A stretch of 64,000 nucleotides of DNA from Octopus bimaculoides (taxonomy: Eukaryota). The translations under genes and the position numbers were made by a program. The notes under the pieces are model-generated. The model was not told the DNA's origin, did not search any database, and saw only the letters and a program-made list of their open reading frames with translations. The stretch is from NCBI RefSeq assembly GCF_001194135.2, contig NC_068983.1:114871438-114935437 (forward strand). The letters run 5' to 3'. Positions 11,950-24,747 of this stretch are shown in pieces (position 1 is the stretch's first letter; every line of letters starts with the position of its first letter).

Positions 11950-14504
11950 AAAGGCTTCCTTGGTTTATATTAAGTTAACTCTAAAATATATTCACTTTCA
12001 AGCTGTTGGGTGTACACAGCATATGCCCAGTTATTAAGGAATAAGCCTATAAATTGTATTTATCTCTCAATAAAATCTTCAAGTCTTATGGTACCTATTT
12101 CTAAGGTAAATAAAGAAAGGCAAGTAAAATTAAATGATTGCTCACATGTTCAAAAGTATTCATTCATTCACTTGCTGAATGTCCATAAGAACAAGTACCA
12201 ACTTAAAAGTCTTTCATTGCATATATTAGTAATCATACAAGAAAAAGCTTCACATTTTTGTGCCTCAGTCAGTAAGCATGAAAGTGCCATTATCGTTCCA
12301 TGCACACTTTTCACCAACAATGTCTTGATTTACACCGATATAGTTCAGTACCATAGCCACTCAAGTCACTGAGTTTCTTCTCCAAGCTAAATTAACACAC
12401 AATGCTCCACTTTCTTACACTGGCTTTTGTTCTTTGAGAAGAAACCTAACTCCAAGCAACTTTTTACAGATCAATTTTTACACACTGTTTTATAAACCTG
12501 ATAAAAGTAAGAAATGGTGTAAATTTGGATTTTGCACTTCACAAAAGTTTTAGGTGTGCTTACACCAACCCCCACCCCACCCCGTACCCACTCTTCCTGG
12601 GCCCATGTCAACCTATCTGAATTAGTTATCAATCTCATTTCACAGCTGCTTCTAGCAAGGATACACAGCTAATTGCTAATTTTCAAATGGCCATAATATT
12701 AATTAACTTTACATTAAGTTCTTCAGTTGATATAATGATATCAGCCATGTAATTCACATAGTTACTTCAATCTGCTTTAAACATTGATTTCTTTCAAGCA
12801 AGTACAATAACAACTGTTTTTTCAGAAGGTGTATAATAGATGGAATAAACCCCAATAAGGTAATGATAAATATCTTAACATCACTTAAAGAACGGAAGTC
12901 AAAACTGACTCCAACTGAATTTAATCTGAAAGCATAGGGAGAGGAAACTAAATTTCTCCTGGCATTCAACTCTGATGTACAAGAATCAAATATTATAGCA
13001 AATGTCTAAATTATCAAACTCATCCAACCCATGCTATTATTGATTAAACTGAAACACAAATATTAGAATAAACATCATTTTTCTATGACTTGTATAAATA
13101 TATTTTTTTTTCCTTTCAAACCGTATGTTACGGTAACAGATTCTAGTGAAGGTTGACTTAACCTTTTATTTCTCTAGAGGCAATATGGGATGGGGAAGAT
13201 GCTCACACCTATTTAGAAACAACAGTCAACAAAATCAATGCCATCTGAAAGTTGTGCCTGTGTAATTGAAAACATAGCTTCACTATTTATCACTTTGAGG
13301 ACAAACTCTAGCGTTGAATCAGAACAGGTTTTTCAAAGAAAAAAACTTAATAACAAAATGTTACAAAGTAAGAAAAAAGACTCGGTGAAATTATACATGG
13401 ACACCATCTTTATCAGGACCACAGAGGGCATTAAATGCCACATGTAATAATAGAAACTGTAGCATTTACACTAAGGAGCTGATCAGATAATGGTCATTGT
13501 TTTAAGTAAAATAAAAACAAGCAAATGAGATCATGGCTAGAATTTCTCATACTATTTCCACTACCTCCAACACTGCTCCTTTATAATTTTGGTTAGTTCC
13601 AGAGAAGAAAACACTGAGTGAACTCAACAAAGATGATGATATACTGAAGTTATGTCTACTTTTGTTAGTTCAGCTGTTTACACAGGGTCTTCACCAAGTT
13701 GATTGTCTTCCACTTCTGCACCCCAGAGATGTCATCTGACGTTTCATTGTTTTGACAGGGAAATCTTTCAGCTGGCTCTAAGGGACAATAGCAGCTACAT
13801 ACACACACACACACACACACTAGTGCACCCTATGCAAGTATACATAGCCAATGAAACTTCATCATATAACTGTAAACCAAAACCCCGGGTTTGTTTTATA
13901 ATCTTAGAACTCAGCGATTAAGAAAGATTATATATCTCTCAATAACCAACTCCTTTTTCTTACTCTTTACATGTTCACAGGCATAAATACGAACATGTAA
14001 ATATATACATATATATACAAGGCTATGTGCACACACATAAATACATACATGCACAGGCATAAATATACATTTTTAAGAGTATTTCTGTTTATATTTTGTT
14101 TTTGTTCTTTCATTCAATTGTTTTCTTCTGTTTTCCTACTTGATGCTTAGCCTTCTAAATTTATCACATAGTGGAATAGTTCTTTCTCTTTTGGCCCTTC
14201 AACCATTCTATAATAAGTTAAAATAGCTATCTCTAAGGATTTGATGGACACTAAAGAAACATCATACTTAAAAAGCCTTACTGAATGAAGAGCCTAAGTT
14301 ACTTAAGGATATACAACAGTGGTTTTCAAACTGACAAATCCAAGGTCGCCTCAAAAAAAAAAAAGAAAAAAAATTGAAGAAAATTTTTTATCTCCACCAT
14401 CATCATCACCACCATCTTAATTTAATGTCTCTTTTCCATGGTGGAATGGGTTAGGTGGCTTAGTAGGATCAGGTTAGCCAACCAATATCACACGTCAAGT
14501 CCCC

Positions 14505-14579
14505 CATGTACCTTTATATATTTATAACTGTAAATATATAAAGGTACATGTTATTATCATTTATAACTGTAAATGATAA
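14505..14579. repeat. Two adjacent palindromes sharing a TAACTG loop
   Basis: catgtacctttatatattta-taactg-taaatatataaaggtacatg and ttatcattta-taactg-taaatgataa. Confidence 0.9.
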
Positions 14580-14592
14580 CATTTCCACTTAC

Positions 14593-14718
14593 CAATTATG
14601 ATTTGTGCAGCATCACGTTCCCTCTGACCCATTTGTTTGACCTTAATTTCCCATGTGAATTTCATGCCATACTCATTACATATTTCTTCAGTGACCTCTG
14701 TATAGATCCTTTCAGTAT
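14593..14718 (-). CDS. PUDP: Internal coding exon (126 nt, phase 1-1) of pseudouridine-5'-phosphatase
   Basis: Minus strand ttatttcag|ATACTGAAAGG...ATAATTG|gtaagt; peptide DTERIYTEVTEEICNEYGMKFTWEIKVKQMGQRERDAAQIII matches the PUDP/HDHD1 segment after HAD motif I ([42 protein letters not shown]). Confidence 0.92.
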
Positions 14719-14721
14719 CTG

Positions 14722-14985
14722 AAATAATAATAATAATGATAATAATAATAATAATAATAATAATAATAGTAATAACAGCTTCAAATTTTGGCACATGGCC
14801 AGCAAGTTCAGGAGAAGGGGTAAGTTGATTACATCAACCTCAGTTCTCAACTGGTATTTATTTTATCGACCCCAAAAAATGAAAGGCAAAGTCAATCTCA
14901 GTGGAATCTGAACTTAGAACATAAAGACGGATGAAATACCACTAAACATTTTCTCCAGCGTGCTATTGATTCTGCCAGATTGCTG
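14722..14985 (-). mobile_element. SINE family E with (TTA)n tail abutting the PUDP acceptor
   Basis: E body at 14765-14985; minus-strand tail runs into tttcag at 14719. Confidence 0.8.
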
Positions 14986-15011
14986 CAATAATAATAATTA
15001 TGATAATAATA

Positions 15012-15228
15012 AAGATGATTTCAAATTTTAGCACAACGCCAGCAATTTCGGGGAGGGGGTAAGTACATTACATCAATTCCAGTGTTCAACTGGTACTTGT
15101 TTTAGTGACCCCATAAGGATGAAAGGCAAAGTTGACCTCACCAGAATTTGAACTCAGAACGTAAAGATGGATGAAATACTGCTAAGCGTTTTGCCCGGTG
15201 TGCCAACGATTCTGCCAGCTCACCACAG
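15012..15228 (-). mobile_element. SINE family E (tandem second copy)
   Basis: Head gtggtgagctggcagaatcgttggcac on the minus strand; gcctttcatcc-type central domain. Confidence 0.85.
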
Positions 15229-15376
15229 TAAATAAGGAGGAGGAGGAATGGAGGAGGTGGGGAGGGAAGTAGGGGGAGAGGAAAATGCAGGTGAGAAGGG
15301 GAGGNNNNNNNNNNNNNNNNNNNNNNGAGGAGAAGAGGAGGGAGGAGAAGAGGAGGGAGGAGAAGGGGGAGGTCAA

Positions 15377-15702
15377 AACAGAACTAAAATATAGTTCTGC
15401 TACTGACAGTACCAGTGAAAGTGGTGGTGGTGGTGGTGGTGGTGGTGGTAGTAATGGTTGGTGCTGGTGGTAATGGTTGTTAGGGATGTAACTTGTTGCT
15501 GTGGTGGTTGCAGTAGCTATGATGATGATGATCGTCATCATCATCATCATCATCATGCTTCAGACACTGCAACCCAGCACTTTGAAAAACCTTTAAAGTA
15601 CCAAAATACCACTCCTGTCCATGCATTGTTATATCAATGGCACCAACAGTAACACCACTACCATCAGCTCCATAGCTCCATTACCACCAGCACCACCACC
15701 AG

Positions 15703-15746
<44 letters not shown>

Positions 15747-15776
15747 TCAGTAGCAGAACTACCTTTTAGTTCTGTT
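15377..15776. mobile_element. Foldback element with trinucleotide-repeat arms
   Basis: aacagaactaaaatatagttctgctactgacagta is inverted at about 15742-15776; gtgctggtggtaatgg pairs with ccattaccaccagcac; central (GAT)n/(CAT)n. Confidence 0.7.
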
Positions 15777-16344
15777 ATGACTATTTACTCTTATGAAGTT
15801 CGACATTAAGATAAGAATAAATCCTTTGGCAGTCACAGAATCCAACAACCAAAAGCAATCCAGCTGTCAATAAGCTTTTCAAAACTTTCTATCCTCTGAG
15901 GGGTACATTTCCCCACAAGTCAATGCCAAAATTAGCTTTAATTTTATAAATGGCCCAGGTCATATTTCAACAAAGTTTACAGTTAATTAATGATTAGGTA
16001 TTTTTAAAAAAAATTCATTTTGAATTTTTTTTTTTTTTATATATTTACAGGAAATGTTAATTAAAATAAATGAATAAATAAATAAAATGATAAGAAAGAG
16101 GAGGAGAGTCTAGGTCAAATCAATTGATGTTTTCTGGGAATGGATTATGATTTATAGCATTGCTACGATAGGAAATTATTGCTCTGCTTTACATGTTTTC
16201 GCTTTACAACTGGTCTCCATGAACAAATTAACCTGTATACTGAGGCATTACTGTATATACTGCTAAAGTCATACACTTCTTTTTTATTCTAAATTACATT
16301 AAAAGAAAATTATTGAAAAGGGAACTTCAAAACATAATTTGTGT

Positions 16345-16850
16345 TTGACCTTCTACTTTTTAATTCTTTCAATCATTGATCTGTGGCCATGCTGGGGCAC
16401 CTCATTGAAGAGTTTCAGTTAAATGAATGGACTCTAGTATTCAGTTTTAAAGTCTGATACTTATTCTGTTGGTCACTTTTGCCAAACTGCTAAGTAATGG
16501 TGATGTAAACAAACCAACACTGGATGTCAAGTGGTAGTGGGGACAAACACACACACACATAAAAACTGGCATGCCATAAATTATGACAATAGGTGTTGAT
16601 CCAATCAATGAAACAGCCTGCTTGCACAATTAATGTGCAAGTGACTAAGCACTACACAGACATGTGTATCTTTAACATAGTTCTCAGGGAGATTCAGTAT
16701 GACATGGCTGGGCCTTTGAAATACAAGTACAACTCATTTTTGCCAGCTGAGTGGACTGGAGCACTGTGAAATAAAGTGTCTTGCTCAAAGACACAATGTG
16801 CCACTGGGTATCAAACTCACAAGCTGAATATAACCACTAAGCCATATGCC

Positions 16851-16886
<36 letters not shown>

Positions 16887-17030
16887 CATATACACACACA
16901 CACATATATACATGACGGGAGGGGCTTCCTTCAGTTTCCATCTGCCAAATAAACTCACAAAGGTTTAGTTGGCCTGGGACTATAGTAGAGGACACTTTCT
17001 CAAGATGTCTTCACATTTCAAGTCAGCCTC
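16345..17030 (-). mobile_element. SINE family A split by a nested SINE
   Basis: 3' half 16345-16565 and 5' part 16915-17030 flank the 16590-16853 insert. Confidence 0.7.
16590..16853 (-). mobile_element. Chimeric SINE: family C-type head/central domain with family B-type 3' body
   Basis: gtgtctttgagcaagacactttatttcacagtgctccag (C-like) joined to ctgaatctccctgagaactatgttaaagatacacatgtctgtg (B-like). Confidence 0.7.
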
Positions 17031-17474
17031 AGTACCATAGACCTGTGGTCGAAGACATTCAAGACAGTACTACTCCATCATTTTGTATATATAGGACCAC
17101 ATTAAATGTCCAATGCATTCTGCTATTTCTAGCAAGACAGTGTAGACGTTTCATTAGTGACGGTGGCAGTGGTGGTGGTGATGGTAGTAGATTATACAAA
17201 TAATGAAAGAGAAGCAATTCTTTCACCATTGAAAAATGTCTGAATCAAAAAATTAATTGTCTTTCTCAAAGAGATACAATGAATAGCCAGAATAAAGTTT
17301 TAAAAAATTGAACATGCTAATGTTTTCTCTCTTGAAAGAAATCTTAGATTTCCATGATAAGTACTTATCTTTTTGCAAAGGTATAATGCAATTATTAACA
17401 TTAGAGATCTTATAATGGATTAGAGCATAAACATTCAGTATTAGAAATGAAGTGTATGACTTTAGCAGTATATA

Positions 17475-17834
17475 CAGTAATGCCTCAGTATACAGGTTAA
17501 TTTGTTCATGGAGACCAGTTGTAAAGCGAAAACATGTAAAGCAGAGCAATAATTTCCTATCGTAGCAATGCTATAAATCATAATCCATTCCCAGAAAAAT
17601 ATTTTATCTGTAAAATTTATAATACTTGTAAATAAATGGCAATAAAACAACAGTAGAATGTAAAGAATATTTTATATAAAGTAAAAAGATGTCGAGGCCA
17701 TTTATAATAAAAAATATTATAATCGTTTTCTGAATCACCTTCACTCACACTAGACTTGCACATACCATCACTTGTAGACGCAACTGCCAACTCACTAGCA
17801 CTTGTAGATGGACTTATAAAGTGAGGTATTACTG
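17475..17834. mobile_element. Tigger/pogo-type MITE, complete
   Basis: TA|cagtaatgcctca ... tgaggtattactg|TA; TIRs and TA TSD; homologous to 45600-45930. Confidence 0.85.
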
Positions 17835-18879
17835 TATTCTAAAACTGGGCTGATACACAGAAGATTGGTATGGCCCAGGATCAGAATGACATACAAATTC
17901 ATAAAGTGTTATGTATTTTTACAACTAGGTGCAGACATAAATAGACACTTTTATGTCTGTTGACTACAGAGTTCACTTTCTAACCTCAGGGTTTCAAGTT
18001 TGTCCCATTGTATAACACTTTGGGCAAATGTTATCTATTATAGCCTCAGGCTGATCGATGCCTTGTGAGTGGAACTGGTAAGCAGAAATTGTATGGAAGT
18101 TTGTGATGTGTATTTGTGTGTGAGTGTATCTGTAGTGCTTCTACATCTCTGCATATCACTACCCAAGCTAAAAAAAATATATATAAGGGTGACGTCTTGT
18201 TTACATTCCTTGTCGTCAATACAATATGTCACTTCCAGCTTTCACAAAGACATAAAAGGGAACAAGACAGCTAAGAGTTAGGGATAAGAAGAGCAATGGA
18301 CCACAACATTCTACCTTCTGTAAGTATCTTTCCAACCCATATCAGCATAGAAAAACTGGTGTAAAAGAAATGAACACAGTTCAAACTCAACAAACCTGGA
18401 TATGTACCCCAGTAAAAATAGAGAATTAGAAGAGAACTAGAAGACCTATCAATTCAAATATAAGGAAAACATAAAAATGGAAGTGCAGAAAACACAGACT
18501 ACACCACTCTAGAGTTCATATTATTTCTTTTTTAATATCTATATTATTAGAAGGTGGGGAAGAAATGGGTAGCCAAGGTTTACACAGGAGGAATCTGACC
18601 ACTTACACACCCTGTTCTTCTGTGCCCACTAATTTTTCTTTGTCTTCTTATACCTTGAAGGTTCACCCTGACATCTTTTCACCACTATTAAATCTCTTCT
18701 TCCAGTTCCATCTCAGTTACTCTTATTCTCTCCTCTAAAATGTGAGTAGTTATGTTGCTCCACTACAGCAAGAAATGTGTTCTGTTCTGGCTCCGTTGTT
18801 CAATACTTTAACCTCTCATTTCCTAGCATAAAGTCACCTTACTCTTTACTGTAACCCTACTCAAAGAGGAGGATCTTAG

Positions 18880-19105
18880 TCTTGCATGCTGCACAGCAAC
18901 CTCACTAGTGCTGGTGCCATAAAAAAAAAAAACAATAAGTACACTCTGTAAAGTGACTAGAGTTAAGAAGGGCATCCAGCTGTAGAAACTGTGCCAAAGC
19001 AGATGCTGGAGCACAATACAGCTCTCAGACATGTCAGATCCTGTCAAAATGTCCAACTCATGTCAGTATGAAAGATAGACATTAAATAATGATGACGATG
19101 ACAAT
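18880..19105 (+). mobile_element. Retroposon family D, degenerate
   Basis: aagaagggcatccagctgtagaaac core and gatgacgatg tail. Confidence 0.65.
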
Positions 19106-19971
19106 GAGGAATTAATTCTGTGGCAGGTTGTATATGTGAATATAGGCCAGTATGCCTTGTATGCAGTCAACCGGGTAATTTTGAATTTAGGAAGACTTAT
19201 CTTACATAATCAGATATAGTTTGACAAAAACCATAGTGCATTTTTTTTTCTTTCCATTAAGGCTGACAAATGAATGTGTTTAGAACAATCAGTTTTTGAA
19301 TGCCAATTCAGTTGTTCTAATATATATTTTAGGTTCATCTCTGGTGTTTGTTTCTATTTCTGAAGTTGCCATCAAATGAAGCAATTCTCACAAATTCTAG
19401 AGTTGCAATAGAGTTGTTTGCCCATCATTTTATTCAGCTTTGCAGCATTATAACCTCTAATATAACAACCAGAATTCTTACAAGTTGAACAACTAACCTT
19501 AACACAGTTCTAATTTAATATCTTGCAATACTAATGTATATGAATAACAAGCTTCCAACAGTTTCTATCTACCAAATTCTACTTAAAGTCTTTAGTCAAA
19601 CAGAGGCTATTATCAAATACACTTGCCTACGGCACTGCACAGTGGAACTGAAATCAGAACATTGTAGTGGAACTGAAATCAGAACTGAAATCAAACTTCT
19701 CAGCTACATAGCTATACCTACTCCACTAGTGATATATGCTGAATGGAGATGAGTGTAACCCATTTGTTCAGAGGGATAAAAACTAAAGTTAGTAATACGA
19801 GTAGAGACCAAAGGAGAACAGAAGATATTGGTGAAGAAGGTATTAAATCAATGGCAGAGAAGGTTATATTACTGGTTTCATTGATGTCCTTCAGAGTATA
19901 ATGAAAAGTGTTTATTAACTGAAGGAGTTGTGCCAATTCAAACATAGGAACTGCACTCATAACTATGATAG

Positions 19972-20395
19972 TCATCATCATCATTTAATGTCTGCTTTTC
20001 ATGCTGGCATGGGTTAGACAGTTTGACTGAAACTGATAAGCCAGAGTGCTGCACTGAGTTTCAATCTGATTTAGCATAGTTTCTATGGCTGGATGCCCTT
20101 CCTAATGTCAACCACTCCAAGAGTGTAATTGGTGCTTTTTATGTGTCACTGGCACAAGTACCAGTTATGTAATACCAGTATTGGCCACAACTATGATTTC
20201 ACTTGGCTTGACAAGTCTTCTCAAGCATAGCATATTGCCAAAGGCCTTGGTCACTTGTCATTGCCTCCGTGAGGCCCGATGTTCAAAGAGAGCTTTTTAC
20301 GTGCCACCATCACAGGTGCCAGTTACATGACACCAGCATTGTCCATGACTATGATTTCACTTGGCTTGACAAGTTTTCTCAAGCACAATATAAAA
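19972..20395 (-). mobile_element. Retroposon family D
   Basis: catcatcatttaatgtc tail, ggatgcccttcctaatg core, internal tandem units. Confidence 0.82.
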
Positions 20396-22257
20396 ATTGG
20401 AAACTAAGTATCAGGTAAATGCAACAGAGTTTTTCCAGCAGAGTAAAAGAAAGATCATAAACAACATGTACCAGCAACCTGCATAATTGTTGTCTGTTCT
20501 TCAAATAACAATTTTAATTCTTGAGCAGCAGGTGGAGACATATCAGAATCTGATGTCAGAGTTTTGTGATTAGCTAACGGACATTCTTTATATGTCACCT
20601 GATCTGTCAGGTTACAGTGATATAATTCAATAAAATTAAAACCTGACTAGCTGTAAAAAATATATAATACTGATGGTGTGTTAGGGGGATTAGTGTGAAG
20701 GTAAACAAAAAACAAAACAGAACAAAGAAAACAAGACAATGTTCTCTTCTGTGTCATTGTTTGTGGCAATAAAGAATGTCACTTTGGCAGTGGTTGTGAA
20801 AACTAGGCTTTCATTAAGTACCTGCAAACTTGAAGACTATTTTATAATGCAGTCTGGTTTGATACACCTACTGAGTCAGTCAGTCCTGAAACAACACAAA
20901 CAGGCTTACATGATTGGTAGCCACTATAAAAACTGCAGTTTGTTTTCAAATTATTGTTGCTAGGGTTTTGTAGTTGCCAACAGAGTGACCCATACTGACA
21001 GAAAGAAAATCAGCAGCAGCGCCAATGCTTGTAGTAGTAGCAGTCGTCCAACTCTAAGGGTGGTTTGTCAGCCAAGTTAATATAGAAACATATCATATGG
21101 TTCTGTCAACAATAACAACAGCAACACACAAAGAATTAAAGATTTAATTTTAATTAAACACCAGGAGTTACATTACATAACCTGACAAGTCCACCCATAC
21201 ACTCGTGCATAAATCTTTTGGCCACAGTTAATACAGTGAGTGGCAGGTAAACATTGTAACCATCACATATAACAATGTTTCAGTTAGTTGTGTCTCACTG
21301 ACTGAAAGTAATTTAGTGAAAATATCATGGCACTACATAGTGTTTATGAAGTGAATCTTCAAGAGTGAATTTGTTAAATAATAACTGCTGAACAAGAAGA
21401 TTCTATCTCATTCATTCATGCAAGCATGCAATGCAATGCAATGCAATGCAATGCAATACATACATACATACATACATACACATATACATACATCTGGGCA
21501 TGCATGTGTATGTACATGCATACATACATTATAAGCAGATCATTGCAGAAAAACTGTCATAAACCAGGCCATACAAATAATTATCCTTAATTCTGATGTA
21601 CATCAAATGGTACTATATATTAAATCATAGGGGTACTTCACTAGTGAGATGAAGTGCACATAACCTGTAGACCCAACACAATGAAGAACCTTCATTATGA
21701 TAAAGGTAATGGATAGATTTCAATGAAAAGCTCAAGAAAAGATGTGTTAAGAGATGTCACTATTTGGATCCCATTTTATGTTTGGAGTAAACTTTAAGTC
21801 ATGCACTCTTACAAGTACTGACAGATAGAACAACTGAGAACACTACAATATTGAACAATTACAATATTTCAAAGCCAACTTCTATTGCCCTACAATTGCT
21901 ATATTGTTGTTCCAATGTAATCTAGATCTTTAGAGGTGGAAGAATATCATTTGATACTATTCTAAGTAATTCCTTTCAAAAGGTCATGATTGATGCTGTA
22001 CCGAACATCTTTTAAAGGCTTTTTTTAGAAGTAATCTGGGAATAGCTTCTCATTTGTAGCTAATACTTTGAGAACATGTTAATCTAGTAGTTATAATAAC
22101 TGGGTAGTGTATGTATACTGAGAATGCATTTTAAAGAAGAACTTCAATTTCCAAAAATCTTGATCCCTTGTTACTTAACTCTGAAAAGTATCCAGAGGCA
22201 ACTAGGTAGAACAAATTAATCAATGCATTATTTGCAATGTGGAATTACATATTTAAG

Positions 22258-22600
22258 TCTGTCTTTTATCTTTTACTTGTGTCAGTCATTAGATTGCAGC
22301 CATGCTGGAGCACTGCTTTGAACAATTTGTTTTAGTTGAATAAATTGACCCCAGGACATTTTTTGTTAAGCCTGATACTTATTTTATCAGCCTCTTTTAC
22401 CAAACCACTAAGTTACAGGGACATAAACACACCAACACCAGTTGTCAAGCAGTGGTGGGGGACAAACACATACATGACAAGCTTCTTTCAGTTTCCATCT
22501 ACCAAATTCACTCACAAGACTTTGTTGACCTGAGGCCATAGTAGAAGACACTTCCCCAAGGTGTCACACAGTGGGACTGAATCCGGAACTATGCAGTTGT
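22258..22600 (-). mobile_element. SINE family A
   Basis: Reverse complement of the A consensus. Confidence 0.8.
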
Positions 22601-23243
22601 TCTACCACAAAAAATTTTCATAGAAAATATGAATTTATCTAATTAACAAGCAGAAAATGAATTAATGTATCACCATTCCTTGAGGAATAAATCCTTAAAG
22701 ATATGTTTACATATGATGTTCAGTACTTTTCCAAATTAGCCATTTTTCTACTATCAAGAAGGATTCTACCAGCAAGATACTGAAAATATTACAAAGTCAC
22801 TTTTGCTGACCAGAAACAAAGTAAATTTTTATGAAGCTATGTAGTCAAATTAATTACACTCTCTTCTTCTCCCCCAGTATATAACTGGTTCTTATTTTAT
22901 TGGTCCTATAATGATAAAAAGATTAAAAACAATATAAAATCCTAGTAGAATTAGAGCACAAAATCCGGCGGCACCAAACTGAAGCACCAGAAAGCATCTC
23001 AACAGGCATTGTACCACTTGCACCAGTATTGCTTTACTGTTTTAATTCATAACGTATAATTCTACAAGCTACAGTTTTCCACACATACCAAAACAATAAT
23101 TCCACACACAATTCCACACTCATACCTCATTTTCCACATTAACAATTTCTCCACATCTTTTTCTGCTGAAATCCTGGATACAAATCATATTAAGAATATG
23201 TGTAAGTATGTGTGTGTTTGCTTGCATGGGCATGTGTGTGTGT

Positions 23244-23286
<43 letters not shown>

Positions 23287-23650
23287 CAATACACTATGTT
23301 TAGGTAGTTAGTTTCAGTATGATTGGTAATGTTAAGAATAAATACATTGGCAGGGTGGAGTCTAGCAAACCAGCTGTTTCACAGATTATAGCTCTGAGTT
23401 CTGTTAGATAAAATATTTACTGAAGATCTACAGATTCATNNNNNNNNNNNNNNNNNNNNNNNNNNNNNNNNNNNNNNNNNNNNNNNNNNNNNNNNNNNNN
23501 NNNNNNNNNNNNNNNNNNNNNNNNNNNNNNNNNNNNNNNNNNNNNNNNNNNNNNNNNNNNNNNNNNNNNNNNNNNNNNNNNNNNNNNNNNNNNNNNNNNN
23601 NNNNNNNNNNNNNNNNNNNNNNNNNNNNNNNNNNNNNNNNNNNNNNNNNN

Positions 23651-23710
<60 letters not shown>

Positions 23711-23711
<1 letters not shown>

Positions 23712-24572
23712 AGGGTGCGGTGAATAAACTGTCTAAATTACATAAAAATGAAAAATAACTTTGACATCTCATTTCAACAGATATATTTACCAAAATTACC
23801 TAAAAATATCTTGAAATACTAAAGAGTAAATCTATTCAATAAAATTGCCATTGGTTTCAACCACGGCCTCCAGATGACTTTGGAATCTCCTGCAACTCTT
23901 CTGGATGACCTTCTTGTTGAAGTTGGTAAATGCTGCCATAATCCTTGCCTTCAGCTCATCTTTGGTGTTACAAGAAGTTTTGTTGGTCTCTCACTCAACT
24001 GCGCCCCACACATAATAATCAAGCGGGTTGCAGTCTGGGTAGTTAGGTGGCCAGATGTTAGGGGTGATGCGGTCACAGAAATTGTCTGACAGCCATGACT
24101 GGGTTCTCCTGCTTGTCCTGTTGCCAGACATAGGGTCTTCCAGTATCCACTCTCTTCACCCAAGGCAGCAGTACCTTTTCCAGGCATTTGATGTAGGCCT
24201 CCGTATTGAGTCTGAGGCCGTGTGGGAAGATGAATGGAGGTATAACGTTGCCATCAATAGTGATTACTCCAAACACCATGATGCTGACTGGATGTTTGAT
24301 TCTTATCACTCTTGGTACATGTCCTTAGATGACACTGTCCTCAGATTGACACCCAAACACTCTGAAATGTTCATATTGGAGCTGCCGGTGCAAATGCCAA
24401 GCATGTTGCTTCCAAATTTCTGGTAGAGTGAACTGTGTCAGGGTGCTGTTTTTCTCACAGACGGTGCCAAACTGACCCTACTATACTGTGTTGTCAACAA
24501 AATCAAAAATAAATAATGTGCATGCACGAAATAATTAATGTAAAATGGCAACAATTTACCCATCGCACCCTG
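23711..24572 (-). mobile_element. DD37D (maT)-type Tc1/mariner element, internally deleted
   Basis: TA|cagggtgcggtgaa ... atcgcaccctg|TA; transposase remnant VMVFG-like IMVFGVIT, PPFIFP, RPYVWQQD; homologous to the 41218-42111 copy, where the D-37-D spacing can be counted. Confidence 0.88.
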
Positions 24573-24585
24573 TATACATATATAT

Positions 24586-24712
24586 CGTCGTCGTCGTCTA
24601 ACGTCTGCTTTCCATGCTAGCATGGGTTGGACGATTTGACTGAGGACTGGTGAAACCAGATGGCTACACCAGGCTCCAATCTGATTTGGCAGAGTTTCTA
24701 CAGCTGGATGCC
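24586..24712 (-). mobile_element. Retroposon family D, 3' end
   Basis: gtcgtcgtctaacgtctgctttccatgctagcatggg tail. Confidence 0.8.
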
Positions 24713-24747
24713 CATATACAGTAATATTTATATACACATATATATAT

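Larger units (their letters stand above)
6104..14592 (-). other. PUDP: PUDP intron (8489 bp, GT-AG)
   Basis: GTAAGT donor at 14592 and TTCAG acceptor at 6104; spliced codon G|AT keeps the frame. Confidence 0.88.

Noticed and set aside
21700-22200. Possible LINE RT remnant (SINHDLL-like)
   Set aside because: Too degenerate to support by eye
23130-23185. Minus-strand exon-like stretch AEKDVEKLLMWKNE|gtatga as PUDP exon 1
   Set aside because: Lacks the HAD motif I (FDxDG); weak acceptor
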